From NCBI GenBank assembly GCA_002869275.1, contig PKTF01000405.1, positions 22,808-86,807 of the forward strand: 64,000 nucleotides of DNA, read 5' to 3'. The notes under the pieces were generated by a model that was given only the letters and a program-made list of their open reading frames with translations, searched no databases and was not told the DNA's origin. Below are positions 10,901 through 19,172 of the stretch, piece after piece (position 1 is the first letter of the stretch; each line of letters starts with the position of its first letter). A program made the translations under genes and the position numbers. The stretch comes from Ignavibacteria bacterium (GTDB lineage Bacteria > Bacteroidota > Ignavibacteria > SZUA-365).

Positions 10901-11048
10901 ACGCCGCCGTTTTTTCGCGCAGTTCGTCATCAGTCAGCGAGGCATACTGTGCGAAATGCTCATTTATTTCATCGACGATGGGATAGAGATCCTTCAGATC
11001 GCGCTCATGCTTTCCACCGCCAAACACTTTCGATAAGATATTCAGCAT
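7992..11048 (-). CDS. secA: Preprotein translocase ATPase SecA
   Basis: MATGEGKT, DEVDSVLIDEARTPLIISG, QLRGRAGRQGDPG, C-terminal SEC-C motif GRNDPCPCGSGKKYKQCHG. Confidence 0.99.
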   Translation of the reverse strand: MLNILSKVFGGGKHERDLKDLYPIVDEINEHFAQYASLTDDELREKTAAFKKRIADETREIEEEIVGITRELETDTGQANRDALHDRQKILREELKDTIEDVLDEILPEAFAVVKETCRRLVDHEYLVVDNKTVWNMVPFDVQLIGGITLHQGKISEMATGEGKTLVATLPVYLNALPGKGVHLVTVNDYLAKRDSEWMSPVYEFHGLTVGCIQNTMSPQERREIYNMDITYGTNNEFGFDYLRDNMVIDPQDMVQRPHNYAIVDEVDSVLIDEARTPLIISGPVGNTDHKFDEMKPRVDRIVNAQNAFIAKILAEAERLLKDGNRDEAGVLIYRAQRGLPKNKRLLKILSDPENETLMHKTENIYRADSARRMPEIIEELYFSLDEKTYIVDLTDKGREFLAPSKDEADFFVLPDITTELSVLEGQGLEPKELQREKDKLQQVYAERSDRIHTVHQLLKAYCLYEKDVEYVVQEGKVMIVDTFTGRILPGRRYSEGLHQAIESKENVKVEGDTQTLATITLQNYFRLYNKLAGMTGTAETEAGEFYEIYKLDVVVIPTNRPIVRDDQEDHIYKTRREKYNAVIDFIEECRENRQPTLVGTTNVEVSETLSRMLKRRGVPHNVLNAKQHRHEAEIVANAGLPGAVTIATNMAGRGTDIKLGPGVKEAGGLVILGTERHEARRIDRQLRGRAGRQGDPGMTRFYLSLEDDLMRLFKSDRIAGVMTKLGVEEGEVISHSMITKSVERAQKKVEENNFGIRKRLLEYDDVMNQQRTVIYARRRQALIGENLKDEIYEMVDQYVEELADQHWESGDMDGLREELRRNLVIDLDLDKERVSVSGAPELKEQIVKSSFDFLRRKEEDLGSDVMNALMRMALLQVIDMRWKEHLREMDDLKEGIHMRAYGQKDPLIEYKREAFELFVQMLGMINREVLGMVFRLYPVQEDLPAQPTGPSVSELVTSHQSSTGMGYQANKEAAPGLEAPQEATAGKRQPVRVEKRPGRNDPCPCGSGKKYKQCHGK

Positions 11049-11090
11049 TGTTGTTCTTCTTTACCAATGTATGGGGAATTGTCGTACCGG

Positions 11091-11411
11091 TCAGGGTTGC
11101 CGCGTATGGGCGGCGGAAGGGGCCCTGATCGGGTGCGCGCTGCGCAGGAAGACGGATGTGTGTTCACGACGTGACGAGCCTGAGAGCAGCCGGATCTCCG
11201 GCAGCGCGTGCCTCTGTTTCACCTGTGTCGGCGCTGTGGAACAGGCCGGGTGATGCTTCCCCACCGTCCAGTTGATCTGCGCCCGCAGTGTCGGTGCGGC
11301 GGCCTCGAGAATATGCCGGATAACGCCCGCATCCGCGGATTGCAGGACCGCGGGATCCGCCTGAATGACGGCACTGCAGAACAGAGAAAACGTGAAGATG
11401 AAACCGGTCAT
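11091..11411 (-). CDS. Putative SecM-like secretion monitor (signal peptide + C-terminal IRAPS arrest-like motif), about 106 aa
   Basis: Co-oriented, 42 nt upstream of secA; N-terminus MTGFIFTFSLFCSAVIQA; C-terminus TSVFLRSAHPIRAPS; ATG 11411 chosen because ATG 11441 is only 2 nt from the predicted -10 box. Confidence 0.7.
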   Translation of the reverse strand: MTGFIFTFSLFCSAVIQADPAVLQSADAGVIRHILEAAAPTLRAQINWTVGKHHPACSTAPTQVKQRHALPEIRLLSGSSRREHTSVFLRSAHPIRAPSAAHTRQP

Positions 11412-11428
11412 GCCACAGATATTCCGTG

Positions 11429-11473
11429 TGAAATCAAGCATGTAAAGTACTTGATTTCATGTGGTGAATCAAG
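11429..11473 (-). promoter_or_regulatory. Putative promoter of the uORF-secA operon with an overlapping inverted repeat
   Basis: Minus strand TTGATT-17 nt-TACTTT (11472-11444); TGAAATCAAG-N11-CTTGATTTCA at 11429-11459. Confidence 0.6.
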
Positions 11474-11479
11474 ATCACG

Positions 11480-12805
11480 TCAGGGCAGAATCCCGGCCCG
11501 GCGCATCCCGTTGGCCATGCGATGTGTCGCGAGATCATCCCATTCGTAATGATGGCGGGCATCGGAGATGAATTGCAGACGGCCGTAGCTCGATGGTGCG
11601 TTTTCACGGTAGCCGCGAGAAGTCGAAGAAATTGATACCCAGTGCAGATTGGCGGGATAGTCGACGTCATGGTAGGTACATGCGAAGCCGGCACCGGGCA
11701 AAGCGGTCTCATTTTCGAATAATGGACGCGGCAGACGGATACGGAAGACGAATTCGTTAAAGCGATCGGGCTTCGTGCTGACGGATACATCCACGAGGTG
11801 AGCGTACTGTTCGGCGAGTTTTTTTCCTTCCAGCTCGACGACAGGCGTCCGCTCTTCGCCGTCTCCCATAAAGACATTGAGAATCAGCTGGGCATTCGGC
11901 GAAAAATCCTGCTCATCACCACCCGGACGTACACGCGTTTTCCGGCTGAGATCGAAATGCAGCGAGAGGACATCCGCGGAATCCTTCTCCGGAGCGTATA
12001 ACAGGCGATCATCATTGACGGTGACGGTGAAATACACGAAGCTGCTGTCATATTCGGCGGAGCAGAACAGGCTGCAGTCTTCGGGACCGTGCCAGCTGCT
12101 CCCTCCTTTTACGATCATGAGCGCGGTCGAGTCTCCGATCTCGCGCTGAAGCGCGGCAGGGATGTCATCACCGGCCCTGAATACCGGCAAGGTGTAATAC
12201 TTTTGCCGCAGAAAACTGCGACTGCTGTTCGTGCCGTAGAAATGATCCTCAGAAACATGCGAGTCGCCGTCATAGCTGTGTTCATATCCCACGGCTGTTT
12301 CCCTTCCTCTGTAGGCCATCCTTTCCGTCGTCCACTGGTATATCCTGCGGAAAATATTGTCTCGGACGGTATATCCCGTTATACGCCACCCAAATTCACC
12401 GGTCTTTTCTGTGACGAAAGCCGTTCCTCGTTCGATGGAAAATCCAACCTCTATCGCTTCGAATACGAAGCTGCGTTCCAGTGACTGGACGAGTTCGAAT
12501 TCAGCTCCGGCATTCTGGAAAAAATGAACATTCAGCCTTCGGCTGCGGCTGTTTTCCTCCCGGGTAGAGAGGACGACATCCATACCGTCATCCCCCGTAT
12601 AATCGCCGACATCGTACCCGTAGATTTTGGACTTCGGCGGGAGTTTTGATAGTATGGACTGGATTTTATCAGGCGAAAAAATACGCTGCAGCGTCGCCGA
12701 AAAGCCCGCGATCTCGAGGCTGTCCGCCAGTGGGACCCCGGCTTTACACGCAGCCTGCGGCAGATACAGAGCGAAAAGGAACAGAACAATGGCGAGCCAT
12801 CGCAT
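11480..12805 (-). CDS. Secreted hypothetical protein with an FG-GAP-like motif and a C-terminal CBM9/DOMON-like domain
   Basis: Signal peptide MRWLAIVLFLFALYLPQAACKA (alternative starts 12838/12859); GDYTGDDGMDVVL; YDSSFVYFTVTVNDD...LHFD...FRIRLP...YHDVD. Confidence 0.7.
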   Translation of the reverse strand: MRWLAIVLFLFALYLPQAACKAGVPLADSLEIAGFSATLQRIFSPDKIQSILSKLPPKSKIYGYDVGDYTGDDGMDVVLSTREENSRSRRLNVHFFQNAGAEFELVQSLERSFVFEAIEVGFSIERGTAFVTEKTGEFGWRITGYTVRDNIFRRIYQWTTERMAYRGRETAVGYEHSYDGDSHVSEDHFYGTNSSRSFLRQKYYTLPVFRAGDDIPAALQREIGDSTALMIVKGGSSWHGPEDCSLFCSAEYDSSFVYFTVTVNDDRLLYAPEKDSADVLSLHFDLSRKTRVRPGGDEQDFSPNAQLILNVFMGDGEERTPVVELEGKKLAEQYAHLVDVSVSTKPDRFNEFVFRIRLPRPLFENETALPGAGFACTYHDVDYPANLHWVSISSTSRGYRENAPSSYGRLQFISDARHHYEWDDLATHRMANGMRRAGILP

Positions 12806-14249
12806 ACCGAGCCGCGGGTGGGCTGTTATCACCTTCATTGGTTTTCTTTCTGTCGTCATTTCATCTTCGGGTGTTGCACAGCAGAGCACGGCGCTTTCCG
12901 TCCTCACGACGGCTATCGACAAGGAAGTGGAGTCCGACCTCTTTGACGGAGCGATAGCAGCCGTGGTGGTTCGGGACTGTCTCACCGACCGTGTACTGTA
13001 TGAGCAGCATGCAGACCTGCTTCTCAGGCCCGCATCAAACGCGAAACTCTTTACATCCGCGGCTGCGTTCCTTTCGCTTCCACGCACGTATTCCATGGAA
13101 ACCACTGCCGGAGTTCTCGACAGCGGTCGTCGAGTTCTCCGGTGTTCCGGTGGAGCGGATCCGCTTCTGACCGTGCAAGATATTCAAAAACTCGCTGAAA
13201 TCGCAGCTCCGACAATCGATTCCACCCTTGACACTCTGTATATGGACGCCTCGCTATTGAACGACAATTTCTACGGCAGCGGCTGGATGTGGGATGACGA
13301 ATCGGACCCCTTCATGCCCTTCCTCAATGCATTCAGCCTGGAGGGAAACAGCATTCGAATCTCGATGAAATCTCCGTCGAAACGTGGCTTGCCTGTTGAA
13401 GTTAGCGTATTTCCATCAAGCAATATGATCACAGTCGAAAATATGCTGCTCAGTGGACGGCGTACGAGGATCGATGTCACAAAGCAACCGCGCAGCAACA
13501 ACATCGTGCTGAGAGGCACGCTGGCGGCGGGAAAACGGCGAACGAACACTGTCAGCATGTGGCGACCACAGGATATCGTGGCGGAGATGCTCCTCGATCA
13601 GCTGCGACAGAACGGAATCAACGTCGACAGTACCGTCGTCGTCCACAGCGAGGGATGTGGCGTTCCGCTCGCCCTCCACTCCGTCGGGCATGACCTCAAA
13701 GAAGTGCTTGCGGAAATGAATAAGGAGAGTGATAATCTCTGCGCGGAAATGGCGCTGCGTCACCTGGCCGTCTTTCGTGGAGCGAAATCCGGAGTACGGG
13801 ATAAGGACGGGCTGGCTGCGATGACGTCTGTCCTGGCGCGGAACGGACTGGATCTGGACGGCTTGCATCTGAAGGACGGTTCGGGAATATCCTTTTACAA
13901 CCTCGTAACGGCTCGTTGTATCTCAGATCTGCTTTCCATGATGAGCAGGCATAAGGATTTTCAGTTGTACGCCGCCACACTCGCCGTGGGTGGAAGAAGC
14001 GGTACGCTAGAAGGACGGATGAAGGACTTATCGAAGGGTCAAATGTTCTGGGGAAAGACGGGGACCATAAGCGGTGTCAGCGCGCTTTCGGGGTATGCGC
14101 AAGCGCCACAGGGACGCCTGGTGAGCGTGGTCATGCTGATGCAGAATTTCGCGGGCAAACATAAACCCTACCGCGAAGTTCAGGACAGGATTGTGCGGCA
14201 CTGCATCACGTACAGTGCCGCACTGAAATCTGTCAGGAAGCCTCAATAA
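12789..14249 (+). CDS. dacB: D-alanyl-D-alanine carboxypeptidase/endopeptidase (PBP4, peptidase S13)
   Basis: PASNAK (SxxK), SDN (SxN), KTGT, DGSG motifs; signal peptide from ATG 12789. Confidence 0.93.
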   Translation: MASHRIPSRGWAVITFIGFLSVVISSSGVAQQSTALSVLTTAIDKEVESDLFDGAIAAVVVRDCLTDRVLYEQHADLLLRPASNAKLFTSAAAFLSLPRTYSMETTAGVLDSGRRVLRCSGGADPLLTVQDIQKLAEIAAPTIDSTLDTLYMDASLLNDNFYGSGWMWDDESDPFMPFLNAFSLEGNSIRISMKSPSKRGLPVEVSVFPSSNMITVENMLLSGRRTRIDVTKQPRSNNIVLRGTLAAGKRRTNTVSMWRPQDIVAEMLLDQLRQNGINVDSTVVVHSEGCGVPLALHSVGHDLKEVLAEMNKESDNLCAEMALRHLAVFRGAKSGVRDKDGLAAMTSVLARNGLDLDGLHLKDGSGISFYNLVTARCISDLLSMMSRHKDFQLYAATLAVGGRSGTLEGRMKDLSKGQMFWGKTGTISGVSALSGYAQAPQGRLVSVVMLMQNFAGKHKPYREVQDRIVRHCITYSAALKSVRKPQ

Positions 14250-14535
14250 GAGTCTTGTATTCCGTCTTTGAATCACTGATGAATTCATCGACGATGCGAT
14301 TGATCAGCTGTTCGGTGATCTCGTCCGCATCATCTTCGAGGGCATCGTATTCCTCCATGGAATTGCAGAAATACACCTCGTTGAACGTATTCGGACGCGA
14401 TTTGCTTTCGAATACAGAATAATCTTTTCCCCGTTCGTTCGTGAGGTAGTTTCTCAGTTCGCGAACGGTTTCCAGATACTCTTCCCTCTTTTCTTCCTGG
14501 ATCCGATAGGATATGGAAAAAATTACCTTGGGCAT
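14233..14535 (-). CDS. Small hypothetical protein (ABM/dimeric alpha-beta barrel-like)
   Basis: GGAGG RBS; alternating beta/alpha pattern 'ISYRIQEEKREEYLETVREL'; directly downstream of pnp. Confidence 0.7.
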   Translation of the reverse strand: MPKVIFSISYRIQEEKREEYLETVRELRNYLTNERGKDYSVFESKSRPNTFNEVYFCNSMEEYDALEDDADEITEQLINRIVDEFISDSKTEYKTLIEAS

Positions 14536-14580
14536 TAACGCCTCCGTTGTGTCACGTTGTTATTGACGAGAACCCGAAAA

Positions 14581-16791
14581 TCAGTTGTTGCGATCACGTC
14601 TGCGACGATCGCCGCCACCGCCGTCGCTCCGGCGACCTCCACCACGACGGTCACGATCACCGCCACGGCGTCCGCCGTCGCTCGAAGATTCCTTCTCTTC
14701 GTAACCTTCGGGGGGTTCCATGAGTGCCTTGCGACTGAGTACGAGCTTGCCGTTATCCTCGACGCGGAGAAGTTTGACTGTGACCATGTCGCCGACTTTC
14801 AGGACATCCTCAACAGAGTTGATGCGGCGGAAATCGATCTGCGAGATATGCAGAAGTCCTTCCTTGCCCGGAATGATTTCGACGAATGCACCGAAGTCGG
14901 TGATTTTCTTCACCGGACCGGTGTAGGTCTCGCCTTCTTCCGGAACCGCGGTGATGCGCTTGATCATCTCCACAGCCGTGTCGCTGTTCTCCTGGTTGAC
15001 AGCAGCGATGATGACGCGGCCGTCGTCCTCGATATTGACTTCAGCGCCGCTTTCCGCGACGATACTCTTGATGGTCTTCCCGCCCGGTCCGATCACTGCA
15101 CCGATCATATCAACCGGTACCATGATCGTTGTCAGCCGAGGAGCGTATTTCGACAGGTCGTCGCGCGAGGCTGTGATCGCATCTTCCATCTTGTCGAGGA
15201 TATGCATGCGTGCATCGCGGGCCTGCTCGAGTGCCCGTTCCATGATCTCGAAGCTGATGCCCTTGATCTTGATGTCCATCTGGTATGAGTTGATACCGTC
15301 ACGTGTGCCGGCGACTTTGAAATCCATATCGCCGAGATGGTCCTCGTTACCGAGGATATCCGTCAGCACGGCAACCTTGTCATCTTCCTTGATCAGTCCC
15401 ATTGCCACACCGGCGACGGCCTTTTTGATGGGAACACCGGCATCCATGAGCGCCATCGAACCTGAGCACACGGTAGCCATGGAGGAAGACCCGTTGGATT
15501 CCAGGATGTCACAGAGCAGTCGGATGGTATACGGGAATTCCTCGTCGGAGGGCAGCATCCCTTTCAGGGCGCGCTCGGCGAGATTTCCGTGACCGATCTC
15601 ACGGCGACTGGTGAAGCCGAATCGGCCCACTTCGCCCACGGAGAACGGCGGGAAGTTGTAATGCAGCATGAAACGCTTGCGAAACTCGTCCCGCAGTCCA
15701 TCGATGATCTGCTCATCGGACTTTGTCCCGAGCGTGCAGGACATGAGGGCCTGTGTTTCACCGCGCGTGAACAGCGCTGAGCCGTGCGCACGCGGGAGCA
15801 GCTGCACGTCGCAGTTGATCGGACGCACATCCGTGAGGCCACGTCCATCAAGTCGCTGTCCCTTTTCAAGAATGACCTTTCGCATGGCATCCTTCTCGAA
15901 ATCATGGATGATGCGCTTGATCAGACCTTCCTGCTCGGGATAATCCTCTGCAAGGGCTTCCTGGATTTCGTCATAGATGGCTTTGGTGGAGGATGCGCGC
16001 TCCTCCTTGGCCAGGACGCTTCCGGCGAGATCGAGAAGCCGCTGCCACGACAATTCGCGAATGCGATCTTCAATGCCCTCGGGCAATTCGACGACAGCTA
16101 CTTCCATCTGGGGTTTGCCCGCCTCGTCGGCGAATTCCTGGATGGCCTGACAGATGTCGACGATATGCTTGTGTCCGAATTCCAGGGCATCGAGCATGTC
16201 GCGTTCGGAGATTTCTTTTGCTTCACCTTCGACCATGAGGATTGAGTCCTTGGTTCCGGCGAGCACGACTTCGAGGTCAGCTCGGTGAACCTCATCGAAG
16301 GTCGGATTAATGACCATCTTGCCGTCGACGCGACATACGCGCACTTCAGCGATGGGGCCTTCGAATGGCGCACCGGCGATCATGAGTGCGGCGGATGCTG
16401 CAGTAGCGGCCAGCACATCACCGTCATGCTCCTGGTCGGAAGAGTATACCGATGCGACAATCTGTACTTCATTACGGTAGTTGTCAGCGAACATGGGTCG
16501 AATCGGGCGGTCGATCAGACGTGCGGAAAGAACTTCCTTTTCGGAAGGCTTACCTTCACGTTTGAAAAATCCACCCGGAATCTTACCGGCCGCGGATGTT
16601 TTTTCACGATATTCACAGCTCAAGGGAAAAAAGTCAATCCCTTCCCGTGGTGAGTCAGCGAGTACGACGGTCGCGAGGACCATGGTCTCACCCAGGGTAA
16701 TCATCACCGAACCGCTCGCCTGTCGGGCGAATCGGCCGGTTTCCATGGTCAGCGTCTTTCCGCCGAGCGCTATTTCTTTCGTAGTCATCAT
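14581..16791 (-). CDS. pnp: Polyribonucleotide nucleotidyltransferase (PNPase)
   Basis: RLIDRPIRP, SRREIGHG, ESNGSSSMA, GDMDFKVAGT, KH and S1 domains. Confidence 0.99.
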   Translation of the reverse strand: MMTTKEIALGGKTLTMETGRFARQASGSVMITLGETMVLATVVLADSPREGIDFFPLSCEYREKTSAAGKIPGGFFKREGKPSEKEVLSARLIDRPIRPMFADNYRNEVQIVASVYSSDQEHDGDVLAATAASAALMIAGAPFEGPIAEVRVCRVDGKMVINPTFDEVHRADLEVVLAGTKDSILMVEGEAKEISERDMLDALEFGHKHIVDICQAIQEFADEAGKPQMEVAVVELPEGIEDRIRELSWQRLLDLAGSVLAKEERASSTKAIYDEIQEALAEDYPEQEGLIKRIIHDFEKDAMRKVILEKGQRLDGRGLTDVRPINCDVQLLPRAHGSALFTRGETQALMSCTLGTKSDEQIIDGLRDEFRKRFMLHYNFPPFSVGEVGRFGFTSRREIGHGNLAERALKGMLPSDEEFPYTIRLLCDILESNGSSSMATVCSGSMALMDAGVPIKKAVAGVAMGLIKEDDKVAVLTDILGNEDHLGDMDFKVAGTRDGINSYQMDIKIKGISFEIMERALEQARDARMHILDKMEDAITASRDDLSKYAPRLTTIMVPVDMIGAVIGPGGKTIKSIVAESGAEVNIEDDGRVIIAAVNQENSDTAVEMIKRITAVPEEGETYTGPVKKITDFGAFVEIIPGKEGLLHISQIDFRRINSVEDVLKVGDMVTVKLLRVEDNGKLVLSRKALMEPPEGYEEKESSSDGGRRGGDRDRRGGGRRSDGGGGDRRRRDRNN

Positions 16792-16837
16792 TTCTTTCGT
16801 CTCTTATTCTTTAATCCCTTGATCGAAAATCGCCGCA

Positions 16838-17107
16838 TTACTTGCGGAGCGCGAGTTCCTTCACGATTGTACGATAGCGCTCGATGTTGACTTTCTGGAG
16901 GTAGGCCAGAAGGCGGCGGCGCTTACCGACCATTTTCAGCAATCCACGACGGCTGTGATGGTCTTTTTTATTCACGTCGAAATGCGAAGACAGGCCATTG
17001 ATGGTTTCAGTCAAGATGGCGATCTGAACTTCGGCTTTGCCGCTGTCGTTTTCATGATCGCCGAACTTCTTGATCAGTTCCTGCTTGCGGTCTTTGGTAA
17101 GAGGCAT
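16838..17107 (-). CDS. rpsO: 30S ribosomal protein S15
   Basis: [37 protein letters not shown]. Confidence 0.99.
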   Translation of the reverse strand: MPLTKDRKQELIKKFGDHENDSGKAEVQIAILTETINGLSSHFDVNKKDHHSRRGLLKMVGKRRRLLAYLQKVNIERYRTIVKELALRK

Positions 17108-17112
17108 GATTG

Positions 17113-18090
17113 TTACTCCTTGAAAAAACTGAATTGTTCGTTATTGTAATCTGTTTCGAGTTTTGGTATTCGTTCTTTTGCAAACGCGATATCGGTCTGT
17201 ATCTGACCGATAAGCTGTTCGCGATTTTCAAAGCGGATCTCATCCCGAAGGCGATCCAGGAGCGCAATCTGCATGGACTGTCCATACAAATTGCCCGAAG
17301 TAATAAAAATATGAACTTCTACGGAAATATGCATCTGTTTTGACAGAGTCGGTCTGCGCCCGATATTCATGATTCCGTAATGCCTGTTTCCGTCGAAACC
17401 CACTGCCACGATGTACACACCGCTCCTCGGGAGGAGCTTGTTATCGTCCGTGAGCTCGATATTCGCCGTGGGGAAACCGAGTGTGCTCCCCACTCCGTCG
17501 CCGCGGACGACGATCCCGCGCAGAGCGTAGGGGCGTCCAAGAAACAGGTTGGCCTGCCGTATCGCGCCGCTCAACAGTGCGTTGCGAATCGTGGTACTGC
17601 TGACTTTTATTCCTTCGACCAGAAGCTGGCTTACCACACTGATGTCGATTCCGTGTTTCTGGCCCAATCTCTGGAGTTCGGGTGCCGAACCCGAGCGACC
17701 TTTTCCGAAGGCGTGGTCCACACCGACCACGATGTGAGAGGCGTTCAGACGTCTCAGCAGATATTCTTCAAAAAATGTCTCTGCGTCGAGTACCGAGAGA
17801 TCGCGTGTAAACGGAAGTACCACGCAGGCATCGAGCTCGAGTCCATCCAGCAGTGTCATCCGCTCGTCAATGCTGGTCAGAAGGTACGTTGGATCGCCCT
17901 GTCTGCCGATCACTTCTCTGGGATGGGGATCGAATGTCATCAAGACCGAAGGTATCCCCGCATCGCGGGCGACGGCGACGGTACGCTCGATGATCCTGCG
18001 GTGACCGCGATGCACACCGTCGAACGTTCCCAACGTCAGGGCTACGGGCTCGCGCCTTGTCAATTCGTCAAGATGGCTGACGACGATCAC
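17113..18090 (-). CDS. ribF: Bifunctional riboflavin kinase/FAD synthetase
   Basis: [27 protein letters not shown]; GTG start inferred at 18090. Confidence 0.96.
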   Translation of the reverse strand: MIVVSHLDELTRREPVALTLGTFDGVHRGHRRIIERTVAVARDAGIPSVLMTFDPHPREVIGRQGDPTYLLTSIDERMTLLDGLELDACVVLPFTRDLSVLDAETFFEEYLLRRLNASHIVVGVDHAFGKGRSGSAPELQRLGQKHGIDISVVSQLLVEGIKVSSTTIRNALLSGAIRQANLFLGRPYALRGIVVRGDGVGSTLGFPTANIELTDDNKLLPRSGVYIVAVGFDGNRHYGIMNIGRRPTLSKQMHISVEVHIFITSGNLYGQSMQIALLDRLRDEIRFENREQLIGQIQTDIAFAKERIPKLETDYNNEQFSFFKE

Positions 18091-18820
18091 CAGCGGACTC
18101 CTTTCCGGAAGATGCGGCATTGAGGAGCGCAGCACGCTCTGAAATCTGATCGATGGTCCAGGCATCGGAAACCTGGTGTTCGCCGATTGCCGTGCGCCGC
18201 AGGGCAGTCAGATACGCGCCGCACTGCAGGCGCTGACCAAGATCATGCGCAAGGGTGCGTACATAGGTACCTTTCGAACATTCGACAGTAAAATCGACCG
18301 CCGGCAGCGTCACGTCATCAATAGTGAAGCGATGTACGGTGACGGTTCTCAGCTTGCGCTCAATTTCCTTTCCCTTTCTTGCGAGCTTGTACAGCCTCTG
18401 TCCTTCGACTTTCACAGCCGAGTACATGGGCGGGAGCTGCTCAATCTCACCAACGAAACTTGCGGCTTCACCGAGGATCGCATCCGTTGAAATGCCGCTG
18501 ATATCCTTTTCCGATTCGGGAGGAGTATCGGCATCATAACTTGCGGTCACGGCGCCTAGCTGCATGGTGCCAGAGTACGCTTTCATCTGTGCCTGGTACG
18601 CATCGATCTTCTTCGTCATCTTCCCGGAACACAGGATGAGCAACCCTGTCGCGAGGGGATCAAGTGTACCCGCATGCCCGACTTTCTTGACACGCAGCGT
18701 TCCACGGACCTTCTTGACGACATCGAAAGAGGTCCATTTCTGCGGTTTATCCACCAGGAGCACACCACCCTCTGGAGTGCGAAACTGTTCGATGGTATTA
18801 AACCCTGCGGGCTGCGTCAA
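18068..18820 (-). CDS. truB: tRNA pseudouridine(55) synthase
   Basis: VDKPQKWTS, KVGHAGTLDPLATG, CSKGTYVRTL. Confidence 0.98.
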   Translation of the reverse strand: MTQPAGFNTIEQFRTPEGGVLLVDKPQKWTSFDVVKKVRGTLRVKKVGHAGTLDPLATGLLILCSGKMTKKIDAYQAQMKAYSGTMQLGAVTASYDADTPPESEKDISGISTDAILGEAASFVGEIEQLPPMYSAVKVEGQRLYKLARKGKEIERKLRTVTVHRFTIDDVTLPAVDFTVECSKGTYVRTLAHDLGQRLQCGAYLTALRRTAIGEHQVSDAWTIDQISERAALLNAASSGKESAGDRRQPS

Positions 18821-19170
18821 CGGCTGCTCTCGTCCTCATGAATCTGACGGAACAGTTCGTCAAGGCGTTCGACCTTATCAAGTGTCTGGTCAATGTAGAA
18901 ACGAAGTTCTGGCGTGAATTTTAAACGGACGCTTTTCCCTACGGCCATTCGGATCTCTCGCGTCTTGTCATCAAGAAAGGCAAGAACATCTTCGTCACTC
19001 TTTCCGGACTGAAAATGGCTCACATATACCTTCGCGATGCGCAGGTCGGGGGTCACCATGACCTCGGTAACAGTCAGCAGGCCAAAACCATCGGTTTCGA
19101 TATCGCGCGACAGCGTTTCGCTGATCTGCTGCTTTATGAGCTGGGAAACCCGTGCGGTACGAATAGACAT
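18817..19170 (-). CDS. rbfA: 30S ribosome-binding factor A
   Basis: VTEVMVTPDLRIAKVYVS, LKFTPELRFYID; position after infB. Confidence 0.97.
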   Translation of the reverse strand: MSIRTARVSQLIKQQISETLSRDIETDGFGLLTVTEVMVTPDLRIAKVYVSHFQSGKSDEDVLAFLDDKTREIRMAVGKSVRLKFTPELRFYIDQTLDKVERLDELFRQIHEDESSR

Positions 19171-19172
19171 GA

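Noticed and set aside
8841-11036. 731-aa plus-strand ORF antisense to secA
   Set aside because: Codon-register shadow of a highly conserved gene; no motifs or RBS
12860-13105. N-terminal extension of the 541-aa ORF into dacB
   Set aside because: Antisense to the dacB SxxK region; the signal peptide indicates a start at 12805-12859
14581-14690. Arg/Gly/Asp-rich repeat at the pnp 3' end
   Set aside because: Common disordered PNPase C-terminal tail
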